64,000 nucleotides of DNA from positions 14,322,001 to 14,386,000 of the forward strand of contig OZ038379.1 of the NCBI GenBank assembly GCA_964036045.1, given 5' to 3'. Of the stretch, positions 1-10,095 are shown one piece after another. Position 1 is the first letter of the stretch; each line of letters starts with the position of its first letter. Both the position numbers and the translations under genes were made by a program. The notes under the pieces are model-generated. The model saw nothing but the letters and a program-made list of their open reading frames with translations. It did no database searches and was not told where the DNA came from. The DNA comes from Eutreptiella sp. 'Long Island Sound 2002'. Taxonomy: Eukaryota; Protista; Euglenida.

Positions 1-1029
1 CATTATTCGAAACAGCAAATGCGGCCATCGCTTTTCTCGCACCTATACTTGCTAGTTGTCCTTTATACTTAATGAAGCAGACCTTTGCAAGAACATTCTC
101 AACTGGGTCAAGTCCTGCCACCTTGCCCTTTGGAGGGCTGTCGAAATACACCTCCAGCCCTACCACAGCCATTGTGTCGGACTTCGCCATCACTACCAAA
201 TGATTTGGTGCTTGTGCCCCCCAGTGCTCCAAATCGTTACGGTGGAACGGCTTCATAGGTGAGGAGAACATAACGCTTGCGGTTCTACGCTGCAATGAAG
301 TGATGCAACGAAATAGCCTTGTTTCAATTGCTAAAAAGCGAGCAATGCCTGATTGCAACGAGACAATACTTTTGGGGATTTGGCATCATCCTCCTGATCA
401 TCTTCTTTGCGTTCACGCTTCCTTGTTTGTGTTTGCTGTGGCGCATGCTGCCAACAATGCACCTCATTCTTCACCCAGCGGCTCCGGACATGTTCGCCAC
501 ATTGTGGACAAGGATGATCGGCCGTTTTCGCATCGGGCTGCTTGTTAACCTGAATAAGAGTGAATGGAGCCCGCAGAAGACTAACCTTGTTTAACGCACA
601 AATCAAACCCAAGCCCGACCCAGCTCCCAGCGCATGTTTAAGTTGAGTGGGTGCAATTCTTGACGGCAAGTGTGCAAGTGTTTGGGAAGTGCACTCTTCA
701 AGAGGATGCCTAGTACGTCATGCAATCCCCACACCGCACAACTAAAAATGGTATTTCGTAGGAAGCAAGAACGTGACAACATGCATGCTGCCCCCACTCA
801 TCAGCTGCACTCCGGAACCAAAATTAAATCGTTGCACATTCACACATGGCCGTTATGAAATGTCCAATCTTCAATGAGAACCTGTGTAACAACCGCCTCC
901 TTCACTTTGGCTTTCGCAAGAATGGTGCATCCTGTTTTTTGCCATCTGCTGCCGCAAATTGTTGACCAATGTGAAACATAAGAACCTCCAAGCGACACAT
1001 TTGGGGTAGGTGGTCCATAAAAATGGACC

Positions 1030-1293
1030 TGTGTTCTGTTCTGTTCTGTTTTGTTCTGTTCTGTTCCGTTCTATTCTGTTCTGTTCTGCTCGGTTCGGTG
1101 TGGTTCGGTTTGGTTCGGTTTTGTTCTTATCTGATTTGTTCTATTCTGTTCTGTTGTGTTGTGTTTCTTTCTGTTTAGTTTTGTTTAGTTCTGTTCTATT
1201 TTGTTTAGTTGTGTTTTGTTCTGTTCTGTTTTGTTCTGCTCTGTTCTTTTCCGTTTCTGTTCTGTTGTGTTTGTTCTGTTCTGTTTCGTTTTG
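1030..1293. repeat. Degenerate (TTCTG/TTGTG/TTCGG)n pentamer microsatellite; also at 10575-10853, 20131-20401, 23173-23451
   Basis: Directly visible; length and internal order vary between copies. Confidence 0.97.
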
Positions 1294-1468
1294 ACTCCGG
1301 CTTTTGAGAGCCCTGCACTTATCCATCCCACCACGCACGGTACCTATGTGGTTTCACATTACCCAGGACTGTCCTTGGGAGGGGGCACAACAATGATTCA
1401 CACATCTGCGGCGGTTCGAATTGCTGCTGCTACTATCATATTGTGCGATCATATTGTTTTTCTTGCCC

Positions 1469-1485
1469 TAGGGTTAGGGTTAGGG
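1469..1485 (+). repeat. Interstitial telomere-type repeat tagggttagggttaggg; also 11029-11045 and 23627-23643
   Basis: Nearly three TTAGGG units read directly. Confidence 0.85.
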
Positions 1486-2231
1486 CAAAAAGTGACAAAC
1501 ACACACACCTTGCACAACCCACAGCATTCAAGGTTTGGCCGAAGGAGTGCCGCTTTTCTGCGCCCTGATCCACACACACTAGCATTTGCCACACCACACC
1601 TTACGATGCCACACTCCCTGCTCTTCATATATGCCTATTGGTTTATGTTGTGGTGCCCCCTAAAGGCTCCCCTCCCTTCTTTTGGTTCCGATCCCCAGCC
1701 TTCCTAATCTAACCGCAGCAAGTCAGCGGAACTGACGCTCCCTGTGGAGGGGCAACATTCCTATAGATGAGCTGACCAATGTTGGTCCTTTGGAGGTGGC
1801 ATGGGAGGGGCGGCCGTTTAACTCCAGGGTGGGGAGCGGGGGCAGTTTGGGCCTCAACGGGCTGGACCCAAAAGTCATACTGAGATGGCCTGGAGCTAAC
1901 GCGGACCCCAAATTAGGAGAAAAAATGAGAATGGGATTTTGGGATGAGCATGATGAGGCAATTTGGAAAAGCCATCTCTTGCCTTCTGGCTGACGCCTAA
2001 AAAGATCATTGCGAGCAGCAATTTTCTCCTTAGTGGATTTAGCTAGTGCAGCACTGCAATCAGGCGGTTGTTATGTTGGCTTAAATTTTGCGGCTTGCAC
2101 TGTGGGGTGAATAGAGGCCCAATCAGACAACACGCCATGGTGGATAAAACTTACCACTATGAAACAGAGCATCTCATTTTGCTACCTCCCTCCGGAATGC
2201 CTCACTAGATCGAATTACAGAGGGCTGCCTC

Positions 2232-2705
2232 CTAGGGATAGAAGGAAACAACATACTGCGCCAGCCCATACAAAATGGACACAGTCCTGCGGTGCAGTGT
2301 GCACCAATGCGGTGGTATTCTATCACAATTTGATGCCGCGGTGCGATGTGCTAAGCGTCCCTGTTGCGTGGCACGTGGACTTGTGAGCAAGCAAAAACAG
2401 CGAACACACACCTCTACTCTGAACTTGTCCACTTCAGTGGGGTCCACTTGCACCGCATACCACCCATCATCATCTTTGTAGATCGTGCTGAGTCGGTGGT
2501 ATGGGATTTCTGACTTGTACTCAATGGCTCGGGCTCTATCATCAGTCATACCTGGGGAGTGGAGTCTTAGACGATGCCATGGAGTGTTTTTATACCCCAT
2601 GTTGATAAAATGTTCTGCGATTGATTTATTTCTCAGTTGTTGTGCAGAAACCACCAATTTAGCCACAATGCGCAGCCACGGCAATAATAGCACCCAAGAG
2701 AACAC
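2232..2705 (-). CDS. Possible exon or gene fragment of unknown function (copies 11792-12265, 24390-24863)
   Basis: 157-aa ORF. The central part (LRNKSIAEHFINMGYKNTPW...GWYAVQVDPTEVDKFRVE) has globular-protein composition and ends at a possible GAG|gtgtgt donor. No family recognised. Confidence 0.3.
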   Translation of the reverse strand: MFSWVLLLPWLRIVAKLVVSAQQLRNKSIAEHFINMGYKNTPWHRLRLHSPGMTDDRARAIEYKSEIPYHRLSTIYKDDDGWYAVQVDPTEVDKFRVEVCVRCFCLLTSPRATQQGRLAHRTAASNCDRIPPHWCTLHRRTVSILYGLAQYVVSFYP

Positions 2706-3336
2706 TCCCCTTGTGTTCTCGTCTCATCTCTCCTCTCTCTTCGAGATGCCTTGTTGAAGGCAATAGAATACCCACACATCCATAGACTATCACATTAGCT
2801 GGTTTGGCATTCGATGCTTTTTTTTAGAATTTGCATGTGACATGCATACACACACACATACATAGTTTGAAGCGAGTTTGGTCACCACCACACACATTAA
2901 CACCAACTTTATCCAAACTTTGACCTCTTCAGTCCAATGGATAGAAGCATGGACGAGGACAATGTACAACCACAATACGTGTACGTTTGGTCCCGCTGCC
3001 GTGCACATGGGAGGCTCTCCTTGTTGCAGCAAAAGAAGTCGCAATGAGTCATCTGAAATTTCCACGGAGCGTCAACGGAAAAAATCCAAAGTCGACCTTG
3101 AGACAGCAAATAGAGAGCTATGCATTGTGCTTGATGTTCTTTGAAAGCCTTTAAAGTAGTCTTTCCCGTGCTTATTTGAGCAGCCTATGCATGGGGACAC
3201 GTCATGGCGTCTTTAGAATAACTAAATAACAAGGGTTGGCGGCGGAGGGGTATTTTGCGCAAAAAAGATGAAAGAAAGCTGCATTCTTGAAAGAATCTCC
3301 CCGAAACGTCTTTTCTTTCTTGTGTAGCATGTACAG

Positions 3337-3513
3337 TGGACTGCAGCAACGTCAACGCCATCCACTGGGGCCATCCATTGCCCGAAGCCCTCATCTTCGG
3401 CATGAGGCCTCAGCAGCCCCCCTCATGGCCCTGCCGCTTCTGTCATCGCCTTTACGACGCCGGCCAGTCTGCCCGCAGCGCCGCCGCTCCCGAAGAAGAT
3501 GGAGTTGGAGAAC
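3337..3513 (+). CDS. Possible internal exon (copies 12897-13073, 25495-25671)
   Basis: Polypyrimidine tract plus cag at 3334-3336, GC-rich 177-nt block, gt at 3514. One frame gives DCSNVNAIHWGHPLPEALIFG...CRFCHRLY with many C-ending codons. The frame is not certain. Confidence 0.3.
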
Positions 3514-4427
3514 GTACATGTGCGATGCCGCTGGGTTTTGTGATGTTAAAAGCCGGCTTCCGATACGCACCGATGCATATTGACTCCATGAAGATGACCC
3601 TTGTGTCGATGAAACCAATTTACTAAATTGTTTCCATTTGCCAAGAGGCCCCCCGTGGTTGGACAACAGCAGTTTGGCCATTGCCGCCTAAGGAACCCAT
3701 ATGAGCCTAAAGTCGAGCTGTCTCCGATAGTAGTGTGATGCATAAAACATGTCGGTACCACGGAAGACAGGCTCAAACAGAGGGGAGAATGGTCAAAAAC
3801 AACACGAATTCGGCCCAAGCATGCCTGTGTTGCAACATGTTTCAGCGGCACCGAGAATGATGCATGAGCAAAGCATCGGAGGCTAGGTCGAAGGATCTGG
3901 GACACGTAGCTAGCAATGAGGTTCGAAATAGTGTTGAGCAGCTTGGCGGGTCTATTGCAGAGAGGTTGGACCCTAAGGTGGGACAACGGAAGATGATGTC
4001 GTGGGTAAAGTGGGGTGTTTGCAATCTTCCGAAAATTGCATTGGTTCCTCCCTGCATTGGTACCTCTATGACACAAAAGGAGACATGTGCAAAAAATGCA
4101 TAAGCTTTGTGGCCACTATTAACTCAAACTGCCGCCTTAGCAAACGTCGGTGATTGGAAGGGGCATGGGGCAGGGGCTTACAAGGGAATGGTGACAAAAA
4201 AATTTCACCACTTGTCCCGTAAGTGCGCCAACCTACGGGTCACAACGCCCCAAAGAAGGGCAGCTTTTTTTTTATTCAAAGAGGCCAGTACGGAATGTGC
4301 CATGTGCCGCGAAGGGCAAAGTTCACCGATAAGTACAGATATTGGCAGTGCCAGGGTGAACAAAGGGGCTGAGCCATGGCTTCCCCCATGGTTGAGCCCC
4401 CATGGTTTTCCGTTGGTGTTGGTGTCG

Positions 4428-4775
4428 TCATATTAGGGGCATTCCCCATTCGTTTGGATCCCGGTGCCCTTTTTGTCGTTTAGGTAGTGGCTGCAGCGGG
4501 ACTTCCCGCAAGGTGGGATCCCACCGCTCCCGTGTCCGTTTTCGTGCGAAGAAAACTGCTTGTCCTGCCCGTTCGAGATACGTCCCAGAGAGGGCTGTCT
4601 TTAGTCGGTATGCTTTTGGTGTGTCTTGCGCCAATTGAATGAGACCTCCTTGTTCAAGCAAGGCGTAACGGGCTTTTCGACTGTGGTCTGTGAGGAGCAG
4701 TGTTGTGTCTGCGCAAAGACGCGTGAACATCTCATGTGAGAGGAGGGACGTTTTTGAGTTTGCATGATGTTGCAT
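4428..4775 (-). pseudogene. Unknown 115-aa ORF, open in copy 1, frameshifted in copies 2 and 4
   Basis: Protein-like translation (ARYALLEQGGLIQLAQDTPKAYRLK...DPNEWGMPLI). A 1-nt insertion at 14148 and 26747 shifts the frame. No family recognised. Confidence 0.25.
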
Positions 4776-7249
4776 GGTGTAGTGTTTTGCTTGTTCGTAC
4801 CATTGTCGATGTTCGAGACACAGTGCTGTGTATGCGATTGTACGATGCTGCTTCTCTATGTGTTCCTTTTTTTAAGTTTTCCACCGACAGATGGTAATCT
4901 GGTAAAACCCCTCACGTGTTGTAGTGCGGTTTCAGTGACTTGGGCATGTCGGTAAGTGTCTAACGCACAGTGGGCGGGCTGTACAGCCAGTTTGTCACAG
5001 AAGGAGAGGAAGTGCTTCCACCGGTGGGCTAGGTTGTTGAGGCGTCTGCGTTTTCATGTGCACTCCTCGTGTAACTGTTTTTGCGACCCATGTATGTTGG
5101 TAAACTAGGTCACCGCCTCCCCATCATTTGCACCGTGTGCTGCTTGAAGCCATAGCTCAGCGTCAACTATTCTAGTTGTTGTCGTCCCCGCCTTGCGCTT
5201 CCGGTTCCGTGCCACGTACCGCACTGGTGCTCCTACTAGGTCACGCAGGTTCCGTGCGGTTTCCCGTGGTGGTCGGGGCTGTGCAATAAACCTATTTAGC
5301 CATAGGGGGGGCGGGGGTTGCTTTGGTGTGGGGTCGGCTAGCTCCTCTCTCAAGGCTTGAACGGCCTGGATTATCCGAAACTGGAAGAGGCCCAACTCGG
5401 CCCGTAGTTTGTGTCTTTATACATCGGATATGAACGGCGAAATGGTGGGCCTGCACGCTCCGATGCCCATCTTGGGGTCATTTTGAGCCCCAGACAACAC
5501 CCATGTTGTGCCCAAATCCGCGTTTTTTGCCACTTGGCACCCACAGGGGGTCTCAAGGCGGTAAAAGGCACGATCTGATATGTGCACCACTCGTAGCGCA
5601 TTAGAATTTTTTTCATTTTTCGTAATTGTCTTATAATGTAGGCCAAGTGCAAGGGGTTGTGGTGCGGTGCACGTGAAATTTTTGGGCAATAGCACTGTCG
5701 ACAAAAGGGGCCTCAATATATGAAAACATGTTGAACCTGCGAGGATCACATCCTCAATTCTAATTGCATGCACTATTGTGTGTCGGCATCTTGCATGCGC
5801 GCCGCCCGGCAATCAAAGAACGCAAACTAAGAAGTTCGACTCCAAACTATGCGCTGATTAGCATAAATACCGGTTCATTGCTCGTTGATGCTTCGCAAAA
5901 AGGCCCAATGGCCACCATGCAGAACAGTCTCACAACCTTGGTGCTTAGTTTGCACGCACTGTTAGAATTCTCCCATGGCAGTCCATGAATTATATCTCTC
6001 TTGACAAACGATGACACATCTAAGAAGCATTTCTTGCCTTGGCAGGATTGGCAGAGATACGAGAATTTTCACAATTAACGAATGTACAGCGATAGATAGT
6101 TGCTTTGGACCACTTTGTGGCAGAATGGGTTGCATGTGTTGTGTTTGGCGTTGTGTGTCCTTCACTGTACCGCTTGTCGTCAAACCACTTCGTATACATT
6201 TTCCTCTCTCTGCCATAGTCAGCCCAAATGGTGGAGGGCGTTGCTGACCACGAGTGGGAGGAGACAGAGGCCACAATGGTGCAGGTGGCAGTGCAGCTAA
6301 GCGGTCTTCAGAAATCTGTCTTCAGAAAATCATCATCATCGTGACCCTCGGCTGAACGATCAGGAGCATCCTCTTGATCCCCGGGCTTCTTCTGCTGCTG
6401 CAACTTCTGCTCCTCCTCGACCTTCTCCTTCCAATGCTCCTTCAGGAGCTTTTGGTGAATTCGCGGGTCACTACATACGTTTGGGGTTGCAGTACCGCTA
6501 GCATGGTAGCTTGTCTAATGGTAGCATGCATGGTCTTCATTTGTGTCATTGTGGAGGGAGAGAGAGGCGGGGGGGGGGGGATTTCGGCATGCAAGTCATG
6601 CAACCCCGAGACGGCATGCGTTATGTAGCCATCCAACCCGCATTCGGGCTCCCGAGAAGGCAATTGTTAGGTTGCGTCTCTTGATTTTGTCCCCGCTGTA
6701 AGTGCTGGGAACCCCCAACAACGTAGGGTTGTTCTGTCAGTCTACCCATGTTTGGGCCCCGGAGACGGCAGGGGTTAAGTCGCCCTTTGGGCTCATCATC
6801 TGCACGTCTTTCAGATTTTTCCAAGAAAGGCACATTGTCCTACACAAATGTGTGGTGGCTCAAGGCGCTAGCCCTGCACTTTCCCTCGGCCCTGGTGGTG
6901 CTCCGGACCTTGTAATTTGAATGTTGGTGTTGATCTTCCGAGCCATTAATGACACAATCCCATGTTTCATTGGACCATCGCACAATTGCTCTGTACCCCC
7001 TACTGTAGCTTATAGGACCTTTGAGGCTAGGGCACCCGCTGGTTCCGGCCCCAAATGCGGCCAACGACCTCAATTCCACCTGCCATGTTGCCCTTTTGAT
7101 ATTCATGGCCTTCCTATTGGCCACTGGGTTTACGCTCCTTGTCCCCCCCCCCCCCTCACAAATTGCACTTGTCCGCTTCCTGAATCACGAAACAAGCACA
7201 ACGCAGGAGAGCAAAAAACAAACACAGCAGTATGTGAGGACACCGAAGA

Positions 7250-8413
7250 ATGTGGACCAATATGTGGAACAGGATGTTTTTGCATTGGTCCACGGCCCGG
7301 ATTATCGGTTTATTACTTCCCCATTTGTATCCAACAACCATTCAGCTTTCAACAACCATCTAGCCACTGCACGTGTATTCATTTTCACACCCCAAATACG
7401 CAAACCCAAAAGCCACAAGGAAGAATAGGTCCTACCCAATCCTTCTTGGATATCAAACAGCAGCTTAGCTATTCAGTGCTATCACTAGGATTGTGATGAT
7501 GGATTAACTTTTGAATGACAGAGACTTTTGCTCAATTTTTATGTATGGCACAATACACCAGCACTCTCAATGAATCACAAACCACAAGCGACACAAATTC
7601 GTTGCCTTTGTGCGCCCTCGAATAGGGCTTCTAAGTTGTTGTTGGCCAGGGGCTCGGTTCAGGTTCAGGTTCAGGTTGGATGCACAGTGAGCTGCTACAG
7701 CGGTCACTGGCAAACTTGCTCCAGGAAAAAACCGTGGCACCCAATGATATTAGGATGCTCCAACTTCAAAAGTGCCTGCGCCTTGGCCTTTGGGCAAACA
7801 AGAGGGAGAGGAACAGAAAGAACAAGATGAGCGGAGAACGACAAGGTATAAAGACTGCACGAGGTTTTCAATCAACCTCCCGGGTGTCAAATTGAAACGC
7901 ATTTGATATGCACTCTCACCTTGTTGAATCATTTGCCAGGGTTAATACTCAACCCAACCGTCCAAACTTTTTGGCATCTCTTGCTGCCAATGAGCAACGC
8001 GCAGTACCCAATGCACAGTGCTTTGTAGTTTCCCTTGCTATCCTTTAGGTTACAGCTAAACACCTTGGTTGGCGCAAAAAAAAAAACAGGCAATTAGTGC
8101 GCCATTCCAGGTTGTATTCTCGGATGCATTCATAAATTGTCAACAAGCTGCCCACTTTGGTGGCAGCCAGAGGAATGGTGGGCACCTTCAGGGCCTGATA
8201 CAAAGCGACACCGAACCTCTTAGCACTCACACATTGCACAAACGTACATGTGCACACCCAAGATGCAACTCATACCTCCACTAATGCAATTGTTCCCTTC
8301 TGCCAGTAATCGCAAACTATCTTCTTCAATGCCACTTTGGAGGTGCCCCACTTCACCAACCATACTTGGCCATACACTCCGGCACCAAGCTTCGTAACCA
8401 CTTCATAGCATGG
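7250..8413 (-). pseudogene. Degenerate protein-kinase exons, copy 1
   Basis: Exon 8413-8276 (tag|...|gtatg, 46 codons) reads PCYEVVTKLGAGVYGQVWLVKWGTSKVALKKIVCDYWQKGTIALVE, with the GxGxxG loop and VAxK lysine. From 7787, after a pyrimidine tract, AKAQALLKLEHPNIIGCHGF gives subdomain IV. A hinge-like EPLANNNLE is out of frame, followed by KLLFDIQEGL and NKPIIRAVDQCKNILF in place of an HRDxKxxN loop. Confidence 0.75.
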
Positions 8414-8619
8414 CTACACGCAAGGTGCAAAGAGTCGCACACAAAGACTTGCGAATGAAATACCCTTGGAGCCCAGGCCAATTCCAAGGCAAAACACACA
8501 TGACTGGAATGACAGGCTGAAAATCCTACCAACACCCTTGCTTCTTCTTTTCTTTCATTTTCACCCCTATCAAGGGCTTTGGCAGGCGTTGTTGAATCCC
8601 CCTGCAACCTCTTGCCCCG

Positions 8620-9435
8620 TCAACCGCGACTCTTCAACCCGCCTCCCCCGGCCCCACAAACACCTGCAGCCTGAGCCCTGCCCCGCCACCGCATGGCACG
8701 CATACCCGCAGGAAGCCGCGTCTTGAAGATGTACACAGCCCCCGTCACATGCCCCTGTCGCAGCTGCTCCATCACAATGGCCCCCTTTTCCGGAAACGCG
8801 GAGAGAAGCAGCTGGTGCTTCACCTCCGGACCGAGCGGACCGGGGCCCCCGACGGACGTCTGCTGGCGGGCGGGGGCGTGGGACACGCCGTCGCTGGGGC
8901 GGGGGCGCTTCGCAGGGACGGCGTGGGCGGTCATCGCAGTCCCCGGCCGCTTGCGAGGCCCAACCGGCGGTTGTGGAGCGGTTGCGGGACGGTTGGGCGG
9001 TTGGGCGGAGCAGCCGGTGCGAGAGGCGGTGCCCGTGCCGGACCCATCGCCCGAGGCGGTGCGGAATGCCGCACCCATGCTGGGCCGGTACCGTGAGGCC
9101 CGGCTATGGGGCGGGGGCATCGCCGGGGCGTCGCGCGCGGCGGATCGTTGCCGGCTGCGGGGCCCGGAGGCGGCGCCGGGGATACCGGGGGCAGCGGCCA
9201 CGGCGGAGGGGCGGGCCACCACCTCGTGCCAACACATGCCGGCGCAGTAGACCAGGCAAGCGGCGTCTTCGGGGAAGAGGGAGCGCGCGACGGACTCCCC
9301 GGGGCACTGGGCGGTGGGGCGGCTCTGTCTTACCTGACTTCTATTTGTCAATTGGTGTCCTATGCTCGGACTGGGCTTGTCCAAGACTTTTTTAGGGTCT
9401 CTTGCGCAGGCGCTGTCCGAAATGTAATTGACCAA
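8620..9435 (-). CDS. Chimeric junction ORF, 271 aa (also 18179-18994, 21221-22036)
   Basis: The N-terminal 43 codons come from the start of the next unit and fuse in frame at the boundary to CPGESV... of the LIM-gene exon. Open in all three junctions. Expression unknown. Confidence 0.4.
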   Translation of the reverse strand: MVNYISDSACARDPKKVLDKPSPSIGHQLTNRSQVRQSRPTAQCPGESVARSLFPEDAACLVYCAGMCWHEVVARPSAVAAAPGIPGAASGPRSRQRSAARDAPAMPPPHSRASRYRPSMGAAFRTASGDGSGTGTASRTGCSAQPPNRPATAPQPPVGPRKRPGTAMTAHAVPAKRPRPSDGVSHAPARQQTSVGGPGPLGPEVKHQLLLSAFPEKGAIVMEQLRQGHVTGAVYIFKTRLPAGMRAMRWRGRAQAAGVCGAGGGGLKSRG

Positions 9436-10095
9436 TGGTTGGTACTCTCATGCTGCTCTGTCTCCCAGAAGGCATCGACAAAGGGACCAAGCTCAAGAAA
9501 TGCCACTTTGATTGCAACTTTGAATTGCTGCATGAATTGCATAGGCATTATCAGAAACAGCAAATGCGGCCATCGCTTTTCTCGCACCTATACTTGCTAG
9601 TTGTCCTTTATACTTAATGAAGCAGACCTTTGCAAGAACATTCTCAACTGGGTCAAGTCCTGCCACCTTGCCCTTTGGAGGGCCGTCGAAATACACCTCC
9701 AGCCCCACCACAGCCATTGTGTCGGACTTCGCCATCACTACCAAATGATTTGGTGCTTGTGCCCCCCAGTGCTCCAAATCCCTACGGTCGAACGGCTTCA
9801 TAGGTGAGGAGAACATAAAGCTTGCGGTTCTACGCTGCAATGGAGTGATGCAACGAAATAGCCTTGTTTCAATTGCTAAAAAGCGAGCAATGCCTGATTG
9901 CAACGAGACAATACTTTTGGGGATTTGGCATCATCCTCCTGATCATCTTCTTTGCGTTCACGCTTCCTTGTTTGTGTTTGCTGTGGCGCATGCTGCCAAC
10001 AATGCACCTCATTCTTCACCCAGCGGCTCCGGACATGTTCGCCACATTGTGGACAAGGATGATCGGCCGTTTTCGCATCGGGCTGCTTGTTAACC
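9335..10095 (-). CDS. Possible multi-exon gene of unknown function at the unit start (repeated in every copy)
   Basis: ttattcag|VNKQPDAKTADHPCPQCGEHVRSRWVKNEVHCWQH...KSPK|gtattg, then DLEHWGAQAPNHLVVMAK...LEVYFDGPPKGK...NVLAK. A possible 40-nt gt..ag intron leads to VREKRWPHLLFLIMPMQF...FLELGPFVDAFWE. There is a strong CAG|gtaaga donor at 9334. The model is tentative. Confidence 0.3.

Larger units (their letters stand above)
1..9308. repeat. 9.56-kb unit, copy 1 (starts before the window)
   Basis: Position 1 matches position 9546 of copy 2; ends at the shared boundary ggggcact. Confidence 0.95.

Noticed and set aside
1010-1707. Cys/Phe/Val/Leu-rich 'membrane protein' ORFs and their copies
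   Set aside because: They are translations of the TTCTG microsatellite.
2330-2420. SWIM zinc finger in ORF 2232-2705 (YAV...CFC)
   Set aside because: No downstream CxH, and the CxC lies after a likely splice donor.
6600-7120. DFG-like (LAAFG) and APE-like remnants completing the kinase
   Set aside because: They need several substitutions or frameshifts and are too weak to claim.
8693-9600. Several overlapping plus-strand ORFs opposite the LIM-gene exon
   Set aside because: Shadow ORFs expected in very GC-rich coding DNA.
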